The position numbers and the translations under genes were made by a program. A stretch of 64,000 nucleotides of DNA from NCBI GenBank assembly GCA_000146465.1, contig CP001951.1; one strand, written 5' to 3'. This document shows positions 44,826-54,702 of the stretch, piece after piece; positions within the stretch are counted from its first letter, which is position 1, and each line of letters starts with the position of its first letter. Below the pieces are notes generated by a model. The model saw only the letters and a list, made by a program, of their open reading frames with translations. It was not told where the DNA came from and ran no database searches.

Positions 44826-45791
44826 ATGCTTGTCACTGTTTTTTCATGGAATGTAAACAACAGAGAAGGTGTTGCAGATGCTATTCCCGAAATTCTTGGG
44901 GATCAGAAGTCTGACATGATACTTATATCCCTACAAGAACACTTCGACTCCCAGAGTACTGTGGCGAAGTCTATTCAGAAGATGTATCCATCCTACAGAA
45001 TGATCTCGGTTGACAGGATGTTTGGGCTGTTGTCAATAGTATTATCTAAGGAGAGACACACAGTGGAGAGAATAAAGATGGGGTTTGGGATTCTAGGTTT
45101 CATTAACAAGGGAGTATGTGTGACTAAAATATCGAATGGGATAATGTTCATAAGCTGTCATCTATCTGCGCATCAGGAGAACAACAAAAAGAGATTGAAA
45201 GAAATTAGAAGAATATTTGAGTGTGTTTGTGACTCGGAGTCGGTGAGAAATGTCAAAACTGTTATTTTGGCTGGGGACATGAACTTCAGGATTGCAGGAG
45301 GTTCAAGAAGTCTCGACTACCTCAAGTCTGGAAAAGACGATCAATGCAACGAGTTTAAGAGAGCCTATCCGATGTTCCTAGAGGGAATGATAGATTTCAA
45401 GCCAACTTACAAATATATTGCAGGAACCGACGAACTGTGTAAAAAGAGACATCCATCGTGGTGTGATAGAGTATTTGTCTCGTCCTCATATGTAAAGTTT
45501 AATACATACGACTCTGCTTATGAAGTGAAGATAAGTGATCACAAGCCTATTCTCTGTGCACTGGAAGTGAGTGATAAGAAGACAAGCCGTGCTGCCATTC
45601 CAATGATCGGATATAGTGGGCACCATGTCATACGTGGGCTTACAAGATTTTATTGCATTGTGCACGAGTATCGCAATGCAGTTTCTGCACTTCTCTTGAT
45701 AATAATGCTGTATTTGATGCTTTCCAGATTTAAAACCATTTCGAGGCTCAGAAATCCATTCCGGGTCTTTTATCCGGAGGCAGATTGTTGA
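44826..45791 (+). CDS. Inositol polyphosphate 5-phosphatase (EEP superfamily), with a C-terminal hydrophobic tail
   Basis: Motifs follow the INPP5 catalytic-domain order and spacing: WNVNN, ISCHLSAHQENNKKRLKEIRRIF, VILAGDMNFRI, FKPTYKY, WCDRVFVSS, KISDHKPI. The tail AVSALLLIIMLYLMLSRF suggests membrane anchoring. Confidence 0.7.
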   Translation: MLVTVFSWNVNNREGVADAIPEILGDQKSDMILISLQEHFDSQSTVAKSIQKMYPSYRMISVDRMFGLLSIVLSKERHTVERIKMGFGILGFINKGVCVTKISNGIMFISCHLSAHQENNKKRLKEIRRIFECVCDSESVRNVKTVILAGDMNFRIAGGSRSLDYLKSGKDDQCNEFKRAYPMFLEGMIDFKPTYKYIAGTDELCKKRHPSWCDRVFVSSSYVKFNTYDSAYEVKISDHKPILCALEVSDKKTSRAAIPMIGYSGHHVIRGLTRFYCIVHEYRNAVSALLLIIMLYLMLSRFKTISRLRNPFRVFYPEADC

Positions 45792-45831
45792 TAAAGGTGT
45801 TCTTGTATTTTCGATTCTTCAAAAGCCCCCA

Positions 45832-48800
45832 ATGGAGGAAAGATTTGAGTGGAGATGGATGGGATCCCCTCTTGAGGAAAAGCTGCATGAATATATCCGG
45901 AGCATGGTTGAAGAGGAAGACCTTGACTGTCTTGCTAAGAAGATCACTGCCTACTTTGACATATGGCCATTCAAAGAATTTTCCCTTAGATGCTGGAGAA
46001 TACTCAGCGACAAACTCATTGATATCATTTCCTCACTGGAGAAGAAATACTTTTCCGAGGGAATACAAATGTTCAAAATGTCTGAGGAAGATAAAAGCCT
46101 TCTTATTGGAATTTTCAAGCTCTTTCAAAGGATATTTGGGTATTCAAGACAAAGACATCCTCTCGATGTTTCTACACAAGTTATGAAGTTCATATATGCA
46201 ATGGATCTAGATGTTGTGATTGAAGCACATAAGATGCTTGTGTTCTGCCTTAATTATTCGATTGGGCTGGATGAGTTTTCTGATGACCATGACATTCTGT
46301 TCAAATGCCTAGGAATCAACTCGGAGTTAAATGGAGAGAAGATCCTTAGTCTCTCGGAGAAGGCCTTTGTGAGTATACCCAAGGATCTAGAAGGAGAAGA
46401 TGTGTTTTGGACTCTTAAGAAGAATGTAGATGAGTATGGAAGAGGGAATCTTGTGTTTGAACTTCGGCAAAGAATAAATAATGAAAACAGAGATGGCCTG
46501 AATGTGTTGAAGGTCCTTGGAACATGTATATTTCTGATCCTTGCAAAGGGAGAAGGAGCTTTTGATGAAATTGTGGAAAAAATAGACTTTGGAGAAATTT
46601 GGAGATTTGCAGGCGAGGAATTATCCGAAAACATGGAATTTGCCATCATGAACCTTCTGGACATATTGATCTATGACGAATTTGACTTTGGAAGGATCTC
46701 ACGAATCCTTGAACTAAGCAACACCAAAGGATTTTTCTACAAAAGATTTGTAAATGGATTTGATGAGTGGACGTTTGAAAGACACATGGTGTTTCTTATT
46801 TACAACACACTCGTGGGAAGCCAAAAAACGAAGTACCTCAAGATGAATGTCCTTATGGAAGTACTTCCGAAATTTCATGAATGCTCGCCAGATGTTCGAT
46901 ATCACTTTCTTCGTACAGTTAGAATGCATTGTAAGGAAACCAATTCCCGTGGAACTGCCGAGTTTATTTCCAGAAACGGCGTAGGGATTTTAACAGAATA
47001 CCTTAGACATGCAGAAAAATACGATGTAAATGAAAATGTAAATCTCAAATATTCGTTGAAGATACTAAGTGAGATCTACATGGACGAAAGGAACAGAGGA
47101 GTGGTGGGGAATTTCGAAGACAGTCCTTTTCTTGATGTAATTGTTGCAACTATCCAAAAGCTTTGCCTTTTTGATTCCCGTATTGTATCTGTTTGTATAG
47201 GAATACTATCTTCCTTCATGTTTGAAGAGCCGCTGAATCTGCCCATATTCATGGAAAGAGGAGTGAATGTAGTTCTGAAGACACAACTATCTGTTGAGCA
47301 TACTCTGGAATATGTTTCTGCATTTGTTTCTTATATTGATGCATTTTCCTTGAACCTCTCCTTTCAGAAGGAGATATCTCATGGGGAATATCTCTTTAAG
47401 CTTCTAGTACTATGCAGAGAGGAAGAGTTCCTTGGTTCAATGAGCAATACAAACAAGATGGTATCCCTTCTGAATGTCCTCATAATGCATCATCCGATAT
47501 TCAAGGAGGACATCTTAAAGTTCTACAGGTTTGAGATTGGGTATCTGAAAAATCTTTTTTCGGAGGAGTCAAGCAGTCTTCTTGTAGAAAAGGAGTACTG
47601 CATCGAAATCTTCAACAACTTTTTCAGTCTTGTGGAAAAAATGGAGGTTTATCCCGAAGAGAAAGACGCCGACGGATTCTTTAACAATGTATTTGATCTG
47701 GTTACCAATCCGGCGTATTCTTGCAACATGCAAAACTTCTTCAAGGGATCTTTTGGAGAGGTCTACCGAACGATCTATAGAGAATCCCGCACATCTCTTG
47801 ATAAGCCGTTTGAGCAGTTGATATCCGACACAATGAAGATCATAGAGCTTAGTAGAATGAGCGAAGAACAGGATACAAGAGATTGGAAAAAAGCCATGAA
47901 AATGGAGCAGTGGTGCGGGGCAGAGGCTGATGAACTGATATTTTCTTATGAAAGTCAGATTTCCTTGGCCTGCATTCTTTGCGAAGATTTTATGGAGCTA
48001 ATAGATAATGGGGTAAAGACAAGACTGTTTAAAGCAATGGCAGACCTGTATCTTATGCTCATCCGATTCTCGGGAGCCTTTATTTCGATCAGCAACTTTG
48101 AAGAGCACAGGTTTTTATCTACATACAGATCTATAAGACTCAAGCTTGAAGAAAGCACCACAAAGGAAAGCATCCGATTGCATTTGCTGCAGTCTGTGTA
48201 TCTTTGTAACCTGTTTCTACTCCAGAGAATGTACCTTTTGGAGATCAAGGATTCATTTGACAAGACTCTTGAACTTGTTGAGAGGCTGGTGGAAGTAATG
48301 GCTCTTGAAGGAGATGACTCGATTACCCTTGGACTAAGAGCGATAGAGAGGCTGAGCAAGAACTTTGGGAAAGAGCACTATGAAGCAATATCTAGAGAAT
48401 GGTTTATAAAGAGCTTGCTTAAACCCCACTCTAGAAGCGACAGGTTAATTGCAGTTATAAACTTCCTTTCGTCCCAATTATCATCCAAAATAAATAGCGA
48501 TCCGAAGCTAAGGAGTATGCTTCTGGAGTATCTGGAAGAAATAGACATCAGCGTCTCCTCGGATCTCCGTAAAGTTGAGCTAAGTAATATGGTCATTGAG
48601 GCCATTGGGAGAATATTTGGAGATGGAGGGTCGCTTTCAGATGACGAAATGGAAATGATTTTCAGAATTTATGAGAGGTTTTATATATCTCCATTGTGTT
48701 CGAGGCTGATGATTAAGAGAATGATAAGACTACCAAGATTTACAATGAGACTGGTTCGGATAAAAGCATTTCCGACATTCCAATATTTCCTTATGAAAGA

Positions 48801-51800
48801 TGAGAAAGTGTATGAGCATGCATGCTTTATTGTAAATAGATTCTTTGAGTATTCTGACGAATTCATTGAAATGGCTAGTAATGTTCTTCTGTTTGGAACG
48901 GTTGGGCGATGTCCTCATAGGATAGATATCAAAGAGATCGGAAAGAAGATTTCAGGACTTGTTATGTCTGAAGTTTCGTCGCCAAAGGTACTGTTTTTCC
49001 TAATTATGTACTTTCGGCTGCTTCATCGGTTGGGGATGCCCAGACATTGTGGATTTGATCTTGGAAAGTTGATTTCACGAGTTAAAACATGTGACGAGAT
49101 GACTTTGATGAGAATACTCATCAGCTACATAATAACCCCGGATATCGATAGTATTTTGGAAAGGTCTGGAATTCCCTCAAGAAGGATTAGGAGCAAGGAT
49201 AGAGAATTCTTAAAGTCCCATGATTTCCTTATATACAGAGACTATGATCTTTTTGTTGAGAAATGTCTAAAGAAGTCGGGTCTTGGACCTATAGATGGGA
49301 TCTGCTTCAAACATGGATGCAATAGGACTTTCTCTCTAAAGGGAGAAGAGATATCTGTATCGGACAAGGAAATCGACTGCAGCAAGACTTTCATTAGAAA
49401 GCTCGTTCTTTTGCTGGATACCCAAGAATATTTCGGAATGGTAATTCAGCTTCTCTGCGAAATGATGTTTAACCATCCATCTCTTTTGCACGATATATGT
49501 AGATATCAGGTTTTGGACATTGTGTATGAAAGATGCATTAGAAAAATGGATGTATCAAGCAAGCACAAGGTGACTGGAGAACTGCATTGGGGTATAATGC
49601 TGTTTGTCATTGGACTCTATTCGGAGGTTCTTTTGTCGAAGTCCAGCACAGGTTCTGAGAAGAAAAGCGAGACTGAGCAAGAAAACACAAGAAAGAGTCT
49701 TCCATCTGTATCTGACTTTCTCCTTGAAAAGATCAAAGATGGATCCAATGAGGACTTTCTGAACGTGTCGTTCATACTTGTTAGAAGCCTCACACCATTG
49801 TTTATTCTAAGGCACGAAGATGAAGAAGATACAACCATGGAGAGGTTCCGAGAGATTTCGATTTTTATGGGATCAGTAGGGATCTTTGAGAAGATTATCA
49901 AGAGAATAATTGCTGTTGATGAAAGCGACCCAAAATACATAACATGCATCCAATGTTCGCTGGACTATCTTGGAAGGGTTTTTAGGCATTGCTACGGCGA
50001 CATTCTTCAAGATCTGGACGACTATGGTGACGACGAATCCCGTGAGATTGAATACTATAGTCTCGTTTCCGAGGACCATGGATTTGAGGAAAGTATTTTT
50101 GACTCCGACGAGAGCTATTTTTTTGATGATCCACCATTCCATGAAATTGAAGAGGAGAGGGCCATGGAGTCTGATGAAGCGGAAAGCTCCTCACAATCGG
50201 AAAATACAGTGTTCATCAAAAGCATTGAAAACGATCATGAGATGCCAACGGAAATGTATCTGATTAGCTCCGAGTATTACAATATTTCTGCAGAAAGTAG
50301 AACCGAGATCGAGGCTCTTATGTGCAGAAAGCTCTACGTCGACTTAATTGATAGCAGCACAAGCTGCTATACCTGGATGGTTAATAATTTCCAAAAGAGT
50401 ATAGTTTGTGAGCTAAGGGAGCCGAGTGTTCATTGTAAGGAGCCTGAGAGGTCTTTGAATGAAGATGACAAGGATGAGGGCTATGTCACTGATGGTGAGG
50501 AAAAGATGATATGGAATTTCGAACCAACAAACGATGAAGATAATCTGGAAGATACAAATGAAGCCTTGGACACTTCAAATCCACCAGATAGAGAGGAGAT
50601 AGAAGAGGAGAATGAGGACGTTGGATCCTCGGAATCTGATGTCGGGTCTCAGAACGGAGAGATTCCGACTCTTGACCCTGATAATCTCAACAGAATGGAG
50701 GAAGACGAGCTAAACGAAGTTCTGAAAGCCTATTTCGACGAGAGACGATCCCTATCGCTGACTTATATACCTCTCCACACGGGTTTCTATGAAAGGCTTT
50801 CTTCCCGTGTAAGACCTATGTTTGAGGAGATGGAAAGAGTGTATAGAGAGAGTTTCTTCTACGACATTAGAACCGAGTCTACCAAGGAGAGTGACGAAGA
50901 AATCATGGAAACCAAAGAGAATCTCCTTGAGATGGATCTTTCAACATTTGAAGAATTCATCAAGAAATCTATCGTCGAAAAGGATTTCCCATTTGCCAAG
51001 AGCTGGAAGTTAGTTGATGCACTTTCCAAGGATACAAAAATGAAGAGTGTTGTCTTCAAAGTATCCAACAGCATGATCTCGTCAATTTCATCATCTCAGG
51101 AAGGAGACCTTAATAATTACGACGCAGTGAAATTCCGAAGAACTTTGTGCTTTCTTCTTAGCATCGTTAAAAGCTCAATAAGGTACTATGGCTATTTCCG
51201 AGAAAACCCTGAAATTGTAAGAAAAGTTTTTATTCTTCTTGGAAAGGTGAAATTAACCAATGATCTTTTGAGACTAGTGACTGACTTCAGTGTTATCTTT
51301 AGGAAGGACAAGGACTTTGTCTTTGGCCAAGACATCGATTTGGAAAATATTCTCGGTTGCTTTGGAAGAATGGTTGACTCTGAATGCTTCAACCTTCTTG
51401 AGGAGTTCATGGAGAACACCGCCGACCACTTTGGCCCGAGATTCCTAGATATTATTCTGGTAGAGATAAAGCAGCAATTTTCGATCCTCTCCAAAGACAT
51501 TGGAAAGGAGTTTCCTTCCGATGCATTTCTAGAAAGTCAAAAGATATTTTTGAGACTTTGGAAGATGATGACAAAAGTTATAGGAAGAAGCAATTTGTGT
51601 AGTGAGGAAAGAGACATTGCACTTCTGAGTCTGATGCTGAATCCTCTCTGGAATGTGTTTTTTGAAAATCAGAAGAACAAGGAATCGATTGAAGACCTCA
51701 TTAATGTATCGGATATCTACGAAGCTTTTTTTGTTGTTGGAAAGGTGTTTGAAAATAGGTTCGGGGAAACAGAGAATACAGGTTGCGCAGAGATGTGCAA

Positions 51801-53073
51801 CAAGTTCCAAACATTCTATAAAAAGATTATAGAGTTACGGGCCAAGCAGATTAACTTACTTGCCGATGAAAGACCAGAAAAGCTTTTCAGAAACTTCAAC
51901 AGCCTCATAAGTCATTCAATACTAACGTTCAGTAACAAAAAGAAATATCTGTCAAGAATGCTCTCTGTGGAAGGAGTGGATAAATCCTCGTCTTTCTACA
52001 GAGTTTATGTAGATAGGAACGATGTTCTGAGGAGTTCTTATTTTCAAGTGATGGCAAAAAGTCCTGAAGAATTCAGAACAAGAAGACTCGAGATAAAGCT
52101 AACTGGAGAAGAAGGCTTGGACTATGGAGGATTGACAAGAGAATGGCTGGTTCTTCTCTCAAAGGATTTTCTTGATCCTAACTTTGCTCTTTTTGAGTTT
52201 TCCACCGAGGACAAGACAGTAGCTGTTCCATGCAAGAACAGTTATGTTAATCCCGAGCACTTGTCTTACTTCAAGTTTGTCGGGCGTATCATGGCAAAGG
52301 TTATAATGGATGGAAACTTCATCAACTTGTATCTACCGAAGTTTATCTACAAGCATATCCTTGGGAAGAGTTGCGATCTACAGGACCTAGAATCTGCAGA
52401 CCCTGAATTCCACAAATCGCTTGTCTGGATAAGAGATAATTCTGTTGGGAAATCTCTAGGACTAACATTTTCGTTCGATGACGTGAGCTTTGGAGTTCAT
52501 AGAACTGTCGAATTAGTAAAAGGAGGAGCAAATATCTTTGTGGATGACTCGAACAAGGAAGAATATATAAAGTTGGCGACACAATACAGGCTATTTGATG
52601 GAGTCGAACTTCAATTATCTGCACTAAAGTCAGGACTGTTTGAAATACTTGGAAATAGAGCTCTTGAGATGTTTGACGAGAATGAACTTGAGCTTCTAAT
52701 CTGTGGAATTCCTGATATAGACATTGATGACTGGAAGAGTAATACCCTTTATTATGGATATACAGAGAGCTCAAAGACCGTTATTTGGTTTTGGAAAGCA
52801 GTTAAAAGCTTTGACTCTGTCAACAGGGCAAGACTTCTACAATTTGTGACTGGAACATCCACCTTGCCGTTTGAAGGGTTCTCGCATTTACAAGGAAACA
52901 ATGAGATCCAAAAGTTCTCGATCCATAAGATCTCTGACAGAACAGACAGCCTTCCCACTGCGCATACATGCTTTAACCAACTTGTACTTCCAGAGTATTC
53001 CTCCTATGAAAGCCTTCTGAAATATTTGATGTTGGCCATCAATGAATGCTCTACAGGATTTGGTTTTATCTAA
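45832..53073 (+). CDS. Giant HECT-domain E3 ubiquitin ligase (Tom1/HUWE1-like)
   Basis: ATG preceded by AAGCCCCCA. 2413 aa with an armadillo-like helical N-terminal two-thirds and an acidic stretch (DDYGDDESREIEYY...EEERAMESDEAESSS). The C-terminal HECT: LEIKLTGEEGLDYGGLTREW..., the catalytic Cys in TAHTCFNQLVLPEYSSYESL, and the terminal ...GFGFI. Confidence 0.85.
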   Translation: MEERFEWRWMGSPLEEKLHEYIRSMVEEEDLDCLAKKITAYFDIWPFKEFSLRCWRILSDKLIDIISSLEKKYFSEGIQMFKMSEEDKSLLIGIFKLFQRIFGYSRQRHPLDVSTQVMKFIYAMDLDVVIEAHKMLVFCLNYSIGLDEFSDDHDILFKCLGINSELNGEKILSLSEKAFVSIPKDLEGEDVFWTLKKNVDEYGRGNLVFELRQRINNENRDGLNVLKVLGTCIFLILAKGEGAFDEIVEKIDFGEIWRFAGEELSENMEFAIMNLLDILIYDEFDFGRISRILELSNTKGFFYKRFVNGFDEWTFERHMVFLIYNTLVGSQKTKYLKMNVLMEVLPKFHECSPDVRYHFLRTVRMHCKETNSRGTAEFISRNGVGILTEYLRHAEKYDVNENVNLKYSLKILSEIYMDERNRGVVGNFEDSPFLDVIVATIQKLCLFDSRIVSVCIGILSSFMFEEPLNLPIFMERGVNVVLKTQLSVEHTLEYVSAFVSYIDAFSLNLSFQKEISHGEYLFKLLVLCREEEFLGSMSNTNKMVSLLNVLIMHHPIFKEDILKFYRFEIGYLKNLFSEESSSLLVEKEYCIEIFNNFFSLVEKMEVYPEEKDADGFFNNVFDLVTNPAYSCNMQNFFKGSFGEVYRTIYRESRTSLDKPFEQLISDTMKIIELSRMSEEQDTRDWKKAMKMEQWCGAEADELIFSYESQISLACILCEDFMELIDNGVKTRLFKAMADLYLMLIRFSGAFISISNFEEHRFLSTYRSIRLKLEESTTKESIRLHLLQSVYLCNLFLLQRMYLLEIKDSFDKTLELVERLVEVMALEGDDSITLGLRAIERLSKNFGKEHYEAISREWFIKSLLKPHSRSDRLIAVINFLSSQLSSKINSDPKLRSMLLEYLEEIDISVSSDLRKVELSNMVIEAIGRIFGDGGSLSDDEMEMIFRIYERFYISPLCSRLMIKRMIRLPRFTMRLVRIKAFPTFQYFLMKDEKVYEHACFIVNRFFEYSDEFIEMASNVLLFGTVGRCPHRIDIKEIGKKISGLVMSEVSSPKVLFFLIMYFRLLHRLGMPRHCGFDLGKLISRVKTCDEMTLMRILISYIITPDIDSILERSGIPSRRIRSKDREFLKSHDFLIYRDYDLFVEKCLKKSGLGPIDGICFKHGCNRTFSLKGEEISVSDKEIDCSKTFIRKLVLLLDTQEYFGMVIQLLCEMMFNHPSLLHDICRYQVLDIVYERCIRKMDVSSKHKVTGELHWGIMLFVIGLYSEVLLSKSSTGSEKKSETEQENTRKSLPSVSDFLLEKIKDGSNEDFLNVSFILVRSLTPLFILRHEDEEDTTMERFREISIFMGSVGIFEKIIKRIIAVDESDPKYITCIQCSLDYLGRVFRHCYGDILQDLDDYGDDESREIEYYSLVSEDHGFEESIFDSDESYFFDDPPFHEIEEERAMESDEAESSSQSENTVFIKSIENDHEMPTEMYLISSEYYNISAESRTEIEALMCRKLYVDLIDSSTSCYTWMVNNFQKSIVCELREPSVHCKEPERSLNEDDKDEGYVTDGEEKMIWNFEPTNDEDNLEDTNEALDTSNPPDREEIEEENEDVGSSESDVGSQNGEIPTLDPDNLNRMEEDELNEVLKAYFDERRSLSLTYIPLHTGFYERLSSRVRPMFEEMERVYRESFFYDIRTESTKESDEEIMETKENLLEMDLSTFEEFIKKSIVEKDFPFAKSWKLVDALSKDTKMKSVVFKVSNSMISSISSSQEGDLNNYDAVKFRRTLCFLLSIVKSSIRYYGYFRENPEIVRKVFILLGKVKLTNDLLRLVTDFSVIFRKDKDFVFGQDIDLENILGCFGRMVDSECFNLLEEFMENTADHFGPRFLDIILVEIKQQFSILSKDIGKEFPSDAFLESQKIFLRLWKMMTKVIGRSNLCSEERDIALLSLMLNPLWNVFFENQKNKESIEDLINVSDIYEAFFVVGKVFENRFGETENTGCAEMCNKFQTFYKKIIELRAKQINLLADERPEKLFRNFNSLISHSILTFSNKKKYLSRMLSVEGVDKSSSFYRVYVDRNDVLRSSYFQVMAKSPEEFRTRRLEIKLTGEEGLDYGGLTREWLVLLSKDFLDPNFALFEFSTEDKTVAVPCKNSYVNPEHLSYFKFVGRIMAKVIMDGNFINLYLPKFIYKHILGKSCDLQDLESADPEFHKSLVWIRDNSVGKSLGLTFSFDDVSFGVHRTVELVKGGANIFVDDSNKEEYIKLATQYRLFDGVELQLSALKSGLFEILGNRALEMFDENELELLICGIPDIDIDDWKSNTLYYGYTESSKTVIWFWKAVKSFDSVNRARLLQFVTGTSTLPFEGFSHLQGNNEIQKFSIHKISDRTDSLPTAHTCFNQLVLPEYSSYESLLKYLMLAINECSTGFGFI

Positions 53074-53094
53074 AGTAAAAATATTCGACATGGT

Positions 53095-54582
53095 TTATTT
53101 GGAGTCTTGATACAGCTTCGAGATACTTTCCTTCAGTTTCTCTGTATTTCCTGTGTATTTCTTATCTTTTAAGGCATCATTGACAAGATTTTGGATGTCG
53201 GCAGCTAGTTTTTCCCCAAGCTCTGTAGGAAGGCGATACCTGCTCTGATTTTCGATGTTTTTGTCAAGAAAGAAGGTGATGTCTTCTTCTGTTCTCTTGG
53301 ATATCTCCTTTTTCCACACATTTAAGATATCTTCGACGTTTATCTCGATCATCTTCTCTATGGGGATTCCCTCAAGACTTTTCAGGTAGTTCCGGAATAT
53401 ATAGATATTGTTTACAACGTATACAGACTTCGGAATCCCTCTTAGGGTTTCTGCCAGAAATAGGATTTTCTCCATGGTCTTGGTACTGAATTTTTCGAAA
53501 ATGTCCTGGACAGTTTCCAGTTCAAAATCCTTTCCATACTCAGATGCAAATACTTTTGAAACATCTTTGTTGTCGTAGAAGGCTTCTAGTGCTTTTTCCA
53601 TCTTCATACATAGCTCCTCAGTGTTACAGTACTTGTTTGGTTCCATTATCATGTCCAGGTCTTCAAAGTATTTTAGAATGCTATTACACATGATCTTGTG
53701 TATGCTGTCTTTAAACACAAAAAGTTCCTCTACTACTCGGATTCTCTTGTCCCCGGAATACTTGAGTTGGCTGTCCAGAATTATTAGAAGGCCGATGTTT
53801 GCAATGTCCTCTTCCTTCTCCATTTTCAGTAGATTGTCTGCAATTGCTCTTTTGAGCCCAATCACAAACATCTTCAGCAGTCCAATGTTTGTAATCTTGG
53901 AATTTTCCTTTCCAAGCACATTGTCATTCATTTCAATTACATCCAGCAGAAACTTATCCAGATGAGAAGTTCTCTCGATGAGAAGTTCAGTGTTCATTCC
54001 TATGTCATCAAACCCCAATGTAGAATAGACCGTGTCTGTATACTTGCTGATAAATCTTCTTTCGTTACCATTGGAAAGAAGAAAGGTTGCAAACACTCGG
54101 AACTCAGGCTTGTACTCAGGAACTCTTTTCAAAGAAACAAAGAAGGATTCTTCAATCCCGTCGATTGCTCTTTTGACAAAATCATCTAGAATATCAATCT
54201 CGGTGTCTACAATCTTAACACCCTTGTATTCCTTGAGTACCTCGCCCATGTCGATAAGCCTCCGTGTTGACTCTATTGCCTTCTTTTCTTGGAGCAGTTT
54301 CAAGTCCCTTGGAAGGAATCTTTTCTCGGATTCCCCAAAAACCTCGCCTAGCTTGGACTTTTCCTCCTCTATAATCTCCTTTGTCGACATAAATGAATCC
54401 AGAAATGTTAAGAGCCTACTAATGTTTTTCTTTGGGTTGATGTAAGGTCTAAATCCGTCCACAGCACTTAATTGGAGTCTTTCCATTAAAGAACTCAGTG
54501 TGTTTGCCTGAGACTCTATTTCTCTCGAAAGCTCAGCGCATTTCTTAAGCTTTGGCAGGATGCTTGGGATCTCCGGCATCAT
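53095..54582 (-). CDS. Hypothetical 495-aa helical protein (no confident family). It may be an exocyst/tethering-type subunit, unverified.
   Basis: ATGATG start preceded by ATAGCCCC. The ORF fills the gene-sized gap. No diagnostic motifs recognised. Confidence 0.4.
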   Translation of the reverse strand: MMPEIPSILPKLKKCAELSREIESQANTLSSLMERLQLSAVDGFRPYINPKKNISRLLTFLDSFMSTKEIIEEEKSKLGEVFGESEKRFLPRDLKLLQEKKAIESTRRLIDMGEVLKEYKGVKIVDTEIDILDDFVKRAIDGIEESFFVSLKRVPEYKPEFRVFATFLLSNGNERRFISKYTDTVYSTLGFDDIGMNTELLIERTSHLDKFLLDVIEMNDNVLGKENSKITNIGLLKMFVIGLKRAIADNLLKMEKEEDIANIGLLIILDSQLKYSGDKRIRVVEELFVFKDSIHKIMCNSILKYFEDLDMIMEPNKYCNTEELCMKMEKALEAFYDNKDVSKVFASEYGKDFELETVQDIFEKFSTKTMEKILFLAETLRGIPKSVYVVNNIYIFRNYLKSLEGIPIEKMIEINVEDILNVWKKEISKRTEEDITFFLDKNIENQSRYRLPTELGEKLAADIQNLVNDALKDKKYTGNTEKLKESISKLYQDSK

Positions 54583-54702
54583 GGGGCTATTGGTCTAACA
54601 ATTCAGAAGTTTGACGTCCTTTAGAATGATTGGTGCTGGAGAGACAAGTGCCAATCACGGCATAGATTGCTTTATTATTACTTTGAGTTTCAATCCCCAA
54701 CA